From positions 2,208 to 66,207 of the forward strand of contig CALCRE010000047.1 in assembly GCA_937894465.1 (NCBI GenBank): 64,000 nt of DNA. Direction: 5' to 3'. The notes beneath the pieces are model-generated. The model was not told the origin of the DNA. It searched no databases and saw nothing but the letters and a program-made list of their open reading frames with translations. The translations under genes and the position numbers were made by a program. The DNA comes from an uncultured Clostridia bacterium (GTDB taxonomy: Bacteria; Bacillota; Clostridia; JAAYHZ01). Shown in pieces: positions 37,531 to 46,237 of this stretch (position 1 is the first letter of the stretch; the number at the start of each line of letters is the position of its first letter).

Positions 37531-38631
37531 ATGATTATTAATATAGCAGACAATTTGAAAAGACTACGCAAACAGCGTGACATCACTCAAGAAGAATTGG
37601 CAAGCTTTATAGGCGTGTCTTTCCAAGCGGTATCGAAATGGGAGCGGAACGAAGGTTATCCGGACATTACACTTTTGCCGGTCATAGCAAATTTCTTTGA
37701 TGTGACTCTTGACGAGCTTATGGGAATGGACGGAATAAGAAACAAAGAGCACATGAATGATGTATTGGCAATGCTCAAAGAAAACTATTCAAATGGGCGA
37801 ATAGCTGATAATATCGCATTGATTCGTGATGAACTGAAAGCTTTTCCGACAAATTATAAATTACTATCCGAACTTGCAGCATCGTTGACCATGCTTCAAT
37901 CTGACCCGGATACAGAGAAAAAGAACAAGAAAGAAGCAATTAAGATTTGTGAAAGAATTATGGAACATTGCACAGGCACTAAAATTCGTAATAATACCCA
38001 AGCAAATCTGTGCTTTTATTACAGTTGGGTAGGAGAAACGGAGAAAGCAGTTGAACAAGCAAAAAAATTACCTTCCATTTGGAAATGCAAAGATGCTATT
38101 TTACCGGCGTTGCTCACCGGTGAAGACGCCGTAAAAGAAGGTCAACAAGCCATTGTTCAATTTGCCGATGCGATTCGTTTACAATTACGTGATTTGGCTG
38201 ATGCAGACCATAGAAAAAACTACAACTGGACAAACAAAGAATGTATTACCATGTTGCAAAAAAGCATCGACATATATGACATAGTGTTTGATCAGGGAGA
38301 CTACCTATTTTATCATGTATACTTATCCGAGACCTATCGTAACATGGCTGCATTCTCTTTGCTTGTTAACGAAAGGGAACAAGCTATAGGATTCTTGACA
38401 AAAGCGGTGGATCATTCGGTGCAGTTTGATCGGCTCCCGGGCCATATCAAGCATACATCATTGCTTGTCAATCGATTGGAGCACAATAAGCAGGATACAA
38501 GCAAAAACTTCTCCCATAATTGGAGCTACTTGCTGTTGAATCAAACCTTGACCCAAGATCGATATGATTGCATTCGATCTGACGTAAGATTCATTCAACT
38601 GGAGAATGCTCTTAAAGCAGTTGCTGAATAA
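37531..38631 (+). CDS. XRE-family HTH transcriptional regulator with a C-terminal TPR-like helical domain (RNPP-like architecture)
   Basis: HTH LKRLRKQRDITQEELASFIGVSFQAVSKWERNEGYPDITLL within the first 60 aa. The remaining ~300 aa are helical repeats. ATG 37531 is chosen so the HTH sits at the N-terminus. The ORF-track start at 37438 would overlap the kinase gene. Confidence 0.6.
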   Translation: MIINIADNLKRLRKQRDITQEELASFIGVSFQAVSKWERNEGYPDITLLPVIANFFDVTLDELMGMDGIRNKEHMNDVLAMLKENYSNGRIADNIALIRDELKAFPTNYKLLSELAASLTMLQSDPDTEKKNKKEAIKICERIMEHCTGTKIRNNTQANLCFYYSWVGETEKAVEQAKKLPSIWKCKDAILPALLTGEDAVKEGQQAIVQFADAIRLQLRDLADADHRKNYNWTNKECITMLQKSIDIYDIVFDQGDYLFYHVYLSETYRNMAAFSLLVNEREQAIGFLTKAVDHSVQFDRLPGHIKHTSLLVNRLEHNKQDTSKNFSHNWSYLLLNQTLTQDRYDCIRSDVRFIQLENALKAVAE

Positions 38632-38649
38632 ACACAATAAGTTTTTTTG

Positions 38650-38678
38650 TTGACAAAAAGGATACAATTGAATATTAT
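38650..38678 (+). promoter_or_regulatory. Candidate sigma-A promoter TTGACA-17 nt-TATTAT driving the T-box leader
   Basis: Hexamers read directly. Located about 20 bp before the start of the leader. Confidence 0.4.
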
Positions 38679-38694
38679 GGTATAAATCAATTGA

Positions 38695-39003
38695 ACACGA
38701 ACAAAATGGCGTTGATAAGGAGAAGTACATGCTTAACCTGAAGCAAAGAGAGAAGATGGCCGGTGCAAATCTTCGTGAAGGTAGTATGGAAGTAGCCTTT
38801 GAGCTGTGAACCGAAAGGATGGTATCTTAGTAGGCTTCAACGGAACTTTCCACTGTTAAAAGGAAAACAATATCGGATATTTTTAGTTCCCGTATTGGCA
38901 TGAGTGCAGATTAAAGAGATCTGAATTTAGGTGGTACCACGGACGCATACAGTTCGCCCTAAGCAAAATGTTAACAAAGCTTAAGGCGGACTTTTGTTTT
39001 GTG
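38695..39003 (+). promoter_or_regulatory. T-box riboswitch leader controlling valS
   Basis: Stem I region with AGAGA and GUGA motifs. Conserved T-box sequence AATTTAGGTGGTACCACGG at 38925-38943. Intrinsic terminator (CGCCCTAAGC...GCTTAAGGCG then TTTTGTTTTGTGTT) at 38955-39003. GAAGUAG/GUA triplets in Stem I are compatible with a valine specifier, but the specifier is not resolved. Confidence 0.8.
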
Positions 39004-39028
39004 TTCGGAATTTCAAGGAGGTATTACT

Positions 39029-41407
39029 ATGAAGAACTATGATTACAAACAAGTGGAAAAGCAAATGCAGAGTTTTTGGGAGGAAAACGAAATTTATCGT
39101 TTTGACTTGGATAGCCGGAAGGAAATCTACTCCATTGACACACCGCCGCCCACAGTCAGTGGAAGCTTGCATATCGGGCATATTTTTTCCTATGCCCAAG
39201 CGGAAATGATTGCACGCTTTAAACGTATGCAAGGATATAACGTTTTTTATCCTTTTGGATTTGATGACAATGGACTACCAACAGAAAGACTCGTAGAAAG
39301 GGAAGAGGGTATTGTAGCAAAGGATTTTCAAAGAAGTGAATTCATAAAAAAATGTATTGCAACAACGGCAAAGTATGAAGAGGAATTTAAAAGTTTGTGG
39401 CAATCCCTTGGGTTTTCTGTTGACTGGTCTTATCAATATGAAACAATAAACCCTATGGTTCAGCGGATATCGCAAAAATCATTTATTCGCCTTCTAAAGG
39501 ATGGAAAAGCCTATATGAAAGAGTCTCCGGTTTTATGGTGCACAGAATGCCAAACCTCTATAGCCCAAGCCGAATTAGAGACGATTGAAAAAAAGACTAC
39601 ATTCAATTACCTGATATTTAAGTGCGGTGAAGATGATTTGTTGATCGCCACAACCAGACCGGAGCTTTTGTATGGTTGTGTTTGCTTGTTCGTCCATCCG
39701 GAGGATGACAGATACAAAAAATATATCGGCAAAAATGCTACTGTTCCCTTATATAATTATGAAATTCCCGTATTATCAGATCATAAAGTTGACCTATGTA
39801 AAGGAACCGGTATTGTGATGTGTGCCACTTTTGGTGACAGCACGGATATGGAATGGTATGAAACCCATCAACTTCCCTATAGAAAAGTACTATTACCGAA
39901 TGGTTTGATAGATAGCGATGTTCCGCTTATTGGGGACTTAAGTGTCTTGGATGCTAGAAAGCGGATCATCGAATTACTATCAGAAACCGGTTTGATGACA
40001 GATTCAAAGATGATTACTCATACCGTTTCTGTTCATGAACGTTGCGGAAGAGAAACGGAGATTATTCCCTCAAAACAGTGGTACATTGAACTTTTGTCTC
40101 AAAAACAGGAATTTTTACAAGCTGCCGATAAAATAAACTGGTATCCGGAATACATGAAAAACAGGTATACTACTTGGGTTGAAAATCTTAAGTGGGATTG
40201 GTGTATATCTCGACAACGCTATTTTGGTGTTCCATTTCCCATTTGGTACTGTAAAAGTTGTGGAAAGGTTATGGCTGCAAGTGAAGATCGCTTGCCTGTT
40301 AATCCACTTGAAACAAACCCGGAAAAACCTTGTCATTGTGGATGTAATGAGTTTTTTCCTGAGCATGCTGTTTTCGACACTTGGGCTACTTCATCGGTAA
40401 CACCGCAAATCAACGGGAAATGGGGCGAAGAAAATGACTTAACGGAAAAGCTATTGCCCATGAGTTTAAGAACCCAAGCACACGAGATTATCCGAACATG
40501 GGCCTTCTATACAATTGTAAAAAGCTTGTACCATACAGGGCAAATTCCTTGGAAGGATATAATGGTTTGTGGTTTTGTTCTGGCAAAGAAAGGCGAGAAG
40601 ATCAGTAAATCGAAAGGAAATTCAGCATTATCACCAAAGGAACTGATTGAAAACCATTCGGCTGACGTAATAAGGTATTGGGCTGCCAATGCCAAGCTTG
40701 GAACAGACACCTTTTTCTCAATGGATGAGCTGAGCACGGCAAAAAGATTCATTACAAAGCTATGGAATGCATCGAAGTTTGCAATATCTCATTTACAGGA
40801 TTTTGACAATACGGAGGACATGGAGTTGATGCCCGTAGACAGGTGGATTATACAGCGATGTAAGCAAACTACCCGTGCAGCAGAAGAACTGCTTAACCTA
40901 TATGAAATAGGTGCTGCAAGGCACAAGATCGACGAGTTTTTCTGGAAAGACTTATGTGATTATTATTTCGAGATTGTTAAAGAGCGATTGTACCAGCCTG
41001 AAAAGCACGGGATTAAACAACGAAAGTCAGCTCAACATGCTTTGTATTATTGTGTCCTTCAAGTGTTGAAGGTATATGCCATTTATATACCCCATATCAC
41101 TGAATATATATATCAGGAGTTTTTTAAACAGCATGAGAACAGTGTTTCATTACACATATTAAATTGGGAAACGGAAAAAGTAACGGATCACAAGTTCATC
41201 ATGTTTGGCGAAAAATTAAAAGAGGTTATTGGGGATACAAGAAAATACAAGGCAGAGAACGCATTATCCATGAAAACCGAGATGAAAGAGGTTGTGATCC
41301 TTACAGATGAGAAACTAATAGGGCTGTTTGAGCAAAGCGTGAATGATATAAAAGCATGTTGCCAAGCGAGAGAAGTGATCATTCAAGTAAACCGTATGGA
41401 TGCGTAA
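39029..41407 (+). CDS. valS: Valine--tRNA ligase, short (archaeal-type) form lacking the C-terminal coiled-coil
   Basis: HIGH motif PPPTVSGSLHIGH and KMSKS variant KISKSKGN. The N-terminus YDYKQVEKQMQSFWEEN parallels bacterial ValRS. Zinc-knuckle cysteines are present (WCTECQT, CKSCGK). The length of 793 aa is below that of typical bacterial ValRS, which is about 880 aa. Start at ATG 39029 with AAGGAGG 7 nt upstream. An IleRS or LeuRS identity is not fully excluded. Confidence 0.65.
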   Translation: MKNYDYKQVEKQMQSFWEENEIYRFDLDSRKEIYSIDTPPPTVSGSLHIGHIFSYAQAEMIARFKRMQGYNVFYPFGFDDNGLPTERLVEREEGIVAKDFQRSEFIKKCIATTAKYEEEFKSLWQSLGFSVDWSYQYETINPMVQRISQKSFIRLLKDGKAYMKESPVLWCTECQTSIAQAELETIEKKTTFNYLIFKCGEDDLLIATTRPELLYGCVCLFVHPEDDRYKKYIGKNATVPLYNYEIPVLSDHKVDLCKGTGIVMCATFGDSTDMEWYETHQLPYRKVLLPNGLIDSDVPLIGDLSVLDARKRIIELLSETGLMTDSKMITHTVSVHERCGRETEIIPSKQWYIELLSQKQEFLQAADKINWYPEYMKNRYTTWVENLKWDWCISRQRYFGVPFPIWYCKSCGKVMAASEDRLPVNPLETNPEKPCHCGCNEFFPEHAVFDTWATSSVTPQINGKWGEENDLTEKLLPMSLRTQAHEIIRTWAFYTIVKSLYHTGQIPWKDIMVCGFVLAKKGEKISKSKGNSALSPKELIENHSADVIRYWAANAKLGTDTFFSMDELSTAKRFITKLWNASKFAISHLQDFDNTEDMELMPVDRWIIQRCKQTTRAAEELLNLYEIGAARHKIDEFFWKDLCDYYFEIVKERLYQPEKHGIKQRKSAQHALYYCVLQVLKVYAIYIPHITEYIYQEFFKQHENSVSLHILNWETEKVTDHKFIMFGEKLKEVIGDTRKYKAENALSMKTEMKEVVILTDEKLIGLFEQSVNDIKACCQAREVIIQVNRMDA

Positions 41408-41477
41408 TCACCGGAATACTGTATAATAAAAGGTGCATGGAAGATAATTTCATGTACCTGGTAATGGGAGGTGTTAC

Positions 41478-42029
41478 ATGAAAGATTTTAACAGAGAGAA
41501 CTTGTCATTGTCACTGTGTGGGCTAAATTGTGGATTGTGTCCTATGCAGCTTGGGGGCTACTGCCCGGGATGCGGTGGTGGAGATGGCAACCAATCTTGC
41601 GCAATTGCAAAATGCAGTTTGCAACATGATCAAGTGGAATACTGTTTTCTTTGCATTGAATTTCCGTGTAGTAAATTTGAAAAAACAACAGAATATGATT
41701 CATTCATCACGCATCAAAGACAGTTAGAAGACATGAAAAGAGCAAAAGCAATAGGAATCCAAGCATATACTAAAGAACAAGTCAAAAAACGAGAAATCCT
41801 GGAAAAGATTTTGTCCGAGTACAATGACGGACGGAGAAAAACATTTTATTGTGTAGCAATCAATCTTTTAACGTTAGGGGATATTGAAGAAGTCATGAAA
41901 CAAATTGAAGAAAACACCTCATTTAATAATCTATCCATAAAAGAAAAAGCAGCTTATATTGTTACTCATTTTCAAAGAATTGCTGACAAGTCGGATGTAG
42001 AGCTAAAACTTCGCAAAAAACCCGGTTAA
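41478..42029 (+). CDS. Cys-rich protein (DUF3795-like)
   Basis: CGLNCGLCPMQLGGYCPGCGGGDGNQSCAIAKCSLQHDQVEYCFLCIEFPC cysteine cluster. Confidence 0.5.
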   Translation: MKDFNRENLSLSLCGLNCGLCPMQLGGYCPGCGGGDGNQSCAIAKCSLQHDQVEYCFLCIEFPCSKFEKTTEYDSFITHQRQLEDMKRAKAIGIQAYTKEQVKKREILEKILSEYNDGRRKTFYCVAINLLTLGDIEEVMKQIEENTSFNNLSIKEKAAYIVTHFQRIADKSDVELKLRKKPG

Positions 42030-42084
42030 AACAATTTGTAAGATTATCAGTTCTCATGCGTCATATAAGAAAGGAGGTGAATAT

Positions 42085-42561
42085 GTGACCGAGCTCGAGC
42101 AAATATACAATCGATACTTTAAAGATGTTTACTTGTTTACACTGGGGTTATCAAAAGATAAACATGTAGCAGAGGATATTACCTCTGAAACATTTATGAA
42201 GGCCATAAAAGCCATTGACAGTTTCAATGGAGATTGTGATATCCGTGTGTGGCTGTGCCAAATAGCAAAAAACGCTTACATATCGTATGTAAGAAAGAAT
42301 AAAAAGCAAGTGAATGTGGAATCTATACCGGAACAAAAAGACGATATGGATGTAGAAAGAATAGTCTTTTCATCTGTGGAAGCTATGAAAGTTCATAAGA
42401 TTCTACATAAACTTGAAGAGCCCTATAAAGAAGTATTTTCCCTTCGTGTTTTCGGGGAATTAAGCTTCAAACAGATCGCTGATGTATTTGGTAAAACGGA
42501 TAACTGGGCTTGTGTTACATTTCACCGGGCAAAGGGAATGATTGTAAAAGAAATGAGGTAG
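42085..42561 (+). CDS. ECF-type sigma factor (SigV/SigM-like)
   Basis: Region 2 DIRVWLCQIAKNAYISYVRK and region 4 FKQIADVFGKTDNWACVTFHRAKGMI. GTG start with AGGAGGTGA ribosome-binding site. Confidence 0.75.
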   Translation: MTELEQIYNRYFKDVYLFTLGLSKDKHVAEDITSETFMKAIKAIDSFNGDCDIRVWLCQIAKNAYISYVRKNKKQVNVESIPEQKDDMDVERIVFSSVEAMKVHKILHKLEEPYKEVFSLRVFGELSFKQIADVFGKTDNWACVTFHRAKGMIVKEMR

Positions 42562-42565
42562 ATGA

Positions 42566-43459
42566 ATGAAAGTAACTTGTGAAGTTATAAGAGATTTATT
42601 GCCGTTGTATCAGGAAAATATGATCAGTGATGACTCGAAGGCTTTAGTGGATGATCATATAGCAGGTTGTGATGCATGTAAGAAAGTGCTGGATTACATG
42701 AAAACGGAAACGGTGCTCATGGACACTAATGTGACTCCGTTGTTAAAAATAAAGACCAAGCTACGTAGGAAGAAAGTAATTACGGTCTTGTTTTCTGTGA
42801 TGCTTTCTCTTGCTGTTGCTGTTTTGTTTGTTGCTTATCTGACTGCACCGGAATATACATCCTATCGCGATTCAAAAATATCTATAACAGAAGTGGACAA
42901 TGGGATGGTTGTTGCCGTTTTTAGCGACCAAGTGTCAGGATACGATATTAGTAAATACCAATCGGATGAATATGACGGTTATGTGGTTCACATGACTACT
43001 TGGGATAGTGTTTGGAACAGGATTTTTGGCAGGTCCCGTGTCAACAGCGTTGTTTTAAATCCTGACGGTGAAGCGGTTACAGCAGTTTACTATTATCAAA
43101 CCGATAGTCAAGTTGACAGATTAATCTATGGTTTTGATATAAATCCGAGCGGTGGAATTCTCACCTTGCCTAGATTAGTTTTATCCTATTACTTTCTCCT
43201 GGCATTAGGTTTTGCCGGATTCTGTGCGCTATTGGTTTTTATATTCCGTAAGAACGAGATAGCGAGAAATCTGTTGACCAAGGTTTTGCTTGTACCGATC
43301 TCTTATCTTTTAGCTCATCTATTGATAAAAGGATTTGATTCAACATCCTATTTGGCACTACGAGACTTTCTAGCAATATTATTAATAACCATACCACTAT
43401 ACATCGCTTTTCTTGCAGCAATGACCTACATCAAGGAATATAAGAAAAAGAAAGCATAA
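42566..43459 (+). CDS. Anti-sigma factor with zf-HC2 zinc finger, single TM and extracytoplasmic domain
   Basis: N-terminal CEVIRDLLPLYQENMISDDSKALVDDHIAGCDACKK (H-x3-C-x2-C), a TM at about aa 75-95, and two further C-terminal TMs. Confidence 0.7.
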   Translation: MKVTCEVIRDLLPLYQENMISDDSKALVDDHIAGCDACKKVLDYMKTETVLMDTNVTPLLKIKTKLRRKKVITVLFSVMLSLAVAVLFVAYLTAPEYTSYRDSKISITEVDNGMVVAVFSDQVSGYDISKYQSDEYDGYVVHMTTWDSVWNRIFGRSRVNSVVLNPDGEAVTAVYYYQTDSQVDRLIYGFDINPSGGILTLPRLVLSYYFLLALGFAGFCALLVFIFRKNEIARNLLTKVLLVPISYLLAHLLIKGFDSTSYLALRDFLAILLITIPLYIAFLAAMTYIKEYKKKKA

Positions 43460-43766
43460 CAAGAATCCTTTAAAGGCAATAGAATCGTAGCTAAGAAGTC
43501 GCCGAGCTCATTTACGAAAACGATTCTATTATAGACTGTAGAGGTATCACAACAAAGGAGAATGTGGCATGAAGATAACTGTGATCAACGGCACGGAAGT
43601 AAGAGGATGTACGTATCTGAAGTGACTATGTGGGAATACCGTGTATGTAGCAATCTTGTTATGGGAAAGAAAGCTCCGGAGGGTTGCCCGGTATTAAATA
43701 CGTTCAAAGCTTCTTTGAGGTACGTAAAGAGAACTATTAAAACAAAACTATTTTTATAGTGGTTAG

Positions 43767-43810
43767 CAAAAGAGTACTTGTGTTGTCGCAAGTACTCTTT
43801 TGCTTTTGGC
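43767..43810 (+). terminator. Rho-independent terminator (12-bp perfect stem AAAGAGTACTTG / CAAGTACTCTTT)
   Basis: Stem at 43769-43780 and 43789-43800, followed by TGCTTTTGG. Confidence 0.6.
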
Positions 43811-44186
43811 TAGGGTATTTAAAGAACATCAACTAATACTTTTGTGAATCCTAACATTAGGCACCCACCCTAAAAAGAGCAAAGTAATATAAACCCATCT
43901 ATGTGCAAAAAAATAAAGGCTGCAAAAGGTTTTCTATGTTTTGCATAAAAATAAAACCGCTAACCTATGTCATTTGCGGCTAAGTTAACTTGCTTCCTCT
44001 AAAAATTACTTTTTAATTAATAAATTCTGACATGATTGAACAAATAATGTCTGATTTCCTTATTTGCACATCATATAGTTTGATGGTATAATTAACATAT
44101 AATGTAATAAATAAAATATAATACTTACCCGCGAAGTCATGATTTTTACAATATAATCGTGCAAAAAACGGAGGTGGATAATTAAA

Positions 44187-46010
44187 ATGAAGAAGCTACT
44201 GTGTTTACTATTAGCGGTGATGTTGGTTACATCCGTTGCAGCTTGCTCAAAGGGGGAAAATGCCCCTGATGGAACAACAGCGGAAGGTGGTACGGAGACG
44301 ATAAAAGTCGAGGAGAACCCTTTCAAGGAGTTTTTCGAAATTTCCTGGCTTGTACAAACGAACGAAACCTGGACCGAAAAACGATGGGATCAAAAAGAGT
44401 TGGAAAAAATGTTTAACGTGGACATTAATGTGTGGCCGGAGAACAGTGGAAATACAGAAAGAATGGCTCAGCTGATTGCAGCCGGGGATATCGCGGACTT
44501 CTTCTTTATGCCCGGGGCTCCCATGGATCCTTACGACATGTATGATAACGGTTTGATCCGGTCGATCACACTGCAACAAATGAAGGATTGGATTCCCAGC
44601 TTTGTTAAAGACCTAGATAGAATCCCTGTAGGGTACTTATATCATCTTGTACCCGGGAAAACCGACGAATTTATTGGGTTTTCACACAATAGCGTTGGAA
44701 ACTGTCAATATTTCTATGATGCGGCCTGTATCAACCTTGACTGGCTTGAAGAGATCGGATACGGAATTGATACAAGTAATTTAAAATCTGCGTATTACGA
44801 TCCTGAGGGAGAGTTTGCCTATTTTAATAACAAACTATTTTTCACACATGATCTATTTTCCTTTGACGAATTTAACGATATCTTGAAAAAGTTCACAGAA
44901 AACGACCCTGACGGCAACGGTGTAGACGATACTTTCGGCATGTTATACCTGCCTGAATCTAGTTCGACGAACTTTACACAAGAAGGATTGTTTGGTTTCG
45001 TTGATGATGGCAACTACCTGTACAAAGATCCTGTCACAGGTGATCACGTACCTAAGTATGCTTATACACCCTATAAGGATTATTTGGCATGGGTACAAGA
45101 TACCATTACTAAAGGTTATATGGTTAGACTGCCGGGCCAAGGTGGATGGTATGAAGAATATCAAGCTTTAACCCGTTCAAACAAGTTCGGTGTAATGGGT
45201 ATTAACGGTGGCGGCTATTACTCCTTGACCAGTGATGGTTACAGGGTGTTGCCTCCACAAAACATTATTCTTGACACAGACAAAGAAGCCCGTTTTGTTA
45301 TCGGGCCCCTGTTAAATGGTCCTAACGGAAGAGCCGGAAGTCGTACATACGGGCTTGATCCATACGCCCCCTTGGGATCTTGGAGACTGCAAATGATTGG
45401 TGGCGAGGTAAGTGATGCGAAACTTGAAAGAATTTGCGCAATCTTACAACATACTACCTGGGATGAAGGTGGAGATATCTATAAGAGCAAGTATGTACGA
45501 GGCATCGAAGGTATTCACTATACTTGGGAAGGTGAGCCTGAAATCAGCATGAGAAAAGTTGTTCCTTTAGCCGAGCAACCTGATGAGTGGAAACACTTTG
45601 GTAATCCGTATACATTCGTCCTATGGAATTTCCCTTCAACTGTACAACAAGGTATCGATAATGCCAAACGTACAGGACAATGGAGCTTTATGACTTATGT
45701 GAATGACAACAACTTGTTCCAATCTTATGCCATTGACCCTGTAAAACATATCTCAGCGGCTTATATGGGAAGCGAATTGTTTAAGGCTCACAACATTGAC
45801 AAGAGTGAAGCTAATAATCAGCTAAATCCCATCATTAGCGACTTTAAAACTCGTACATTGAACGGTGAAATTGCGAATATCAACACGGAATGGACCCAAT
45901 ACATAGATCAACTTTATGCAAACGGGCTTCAAATGTTGATAGATAAATACTATAACAATCCGGATTTTGTCGAATATGATCCGGGACAAAAATATACCAT
46001 GAGAGATTAA
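44187..46010 (+). CDS. Lipoprotein, extracellular solute-binding protein of an ABC carbohydrate-uptake system (large ~600-aa class)
   Basis: Lipobox VAAC at aa 17-20. Conserved FTENDPDGNGVDDTFG. Paralogue of the 57278 gene. No permease or ATPase genes are adjacent. Confidence 0.6.
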   Translation: MKKLLCLLLAVMLVTSVAACSKGENAPDGTTAEGGTETIKVEENPFKEFFEISWLVQTNETWTEKRWDQKELEKMFNVDINVWPENSGNTERMAQLIAAGDIADFFFMPGAPMDPYDMYDNGLIRSITLQQMKDWIPSFVKDLDRIPVGYLYHLVPGKTDEFIGFSHNSVGNCQYFYDAACINLDWLEEIGYGIDTSNLKSAYYDPEGEFAYFNNKLFFTHDLFSFDEFNDILKKFTENDPDGNGVDDTFGMLYLPESSSTNFTQEGLFGFVDDGNYLYKDPVTGDHVPKYAYTPYKDYLAWVQDTITKGYMVRLPGQGGWYEEYQALTRSNKFGVMGINGGGYYSLTSDGYRVLPPQNIILDTDKEARFVIGPLLNGPNGRAGSRTYGLDPYAPLGSWRLQMIGGEVSDAKLERICAILQHTTWDEGGDIYKSKYVRGIEGIHYTWEGEPEISMRKVVPLAEQPDEWKHFGNPYTFVLWNFPSTVQQGIDNAKRTGQWSFMTYVNDNNLFQSYAIDPVKHISAAYMGSELFKAHNIDKSEANNQLNPIISDFKTRTLNGEIANINTEWTQYIDQLYANGLQMLIDKYYNNPDFVEYDPGQKYTMRD

Positions 46011-46040
46011 TCATATATCTTTTGATCATGAAATGTTTGT

Positions 46041-46090
46041 AGGAAGGTGTTTTAAGCGCAATAATTGAGCAACACCTTCCTTTTTCTTTT
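46041..46090 (+). terminator. Rho-independent terminator (AGGAAGGTGTT...AACACCTTCCT plus T-run)
   Basis: 11-bp stem at 46041-46051 and 46070-46080, followed by TTTTTCTTTT. Confidence 0.6.
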
Positions 46091-46237
46091 GCGGGGAACA
46101 GCTTGCATATTTTTGGGTGCTGTTTAAACTGCAGCTTGTTTTTTGTTGAGAACCGTCCCTATCACATTTCTACAGTATGATAATTCGATATTAACATATA
46201 CTACCTAACAATAGAAAAATTGAAAAGGAGTATACTG

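Noticed and set aside
43562-43791. Small ORFs 43562-43759 (+) and 43585-43791 (-), and a 19-codon mini-ORF at 43569 (MKITVINGTEVRGCTYLK) reminiscent of a flavodoxin-like reductase N-terminus
   Set aside because: No ribosome-binding site or family support for the 65-aa ORFs. The MKITVING match is too short to call a pseudogene. Region treated as intergenic containing a terminator.
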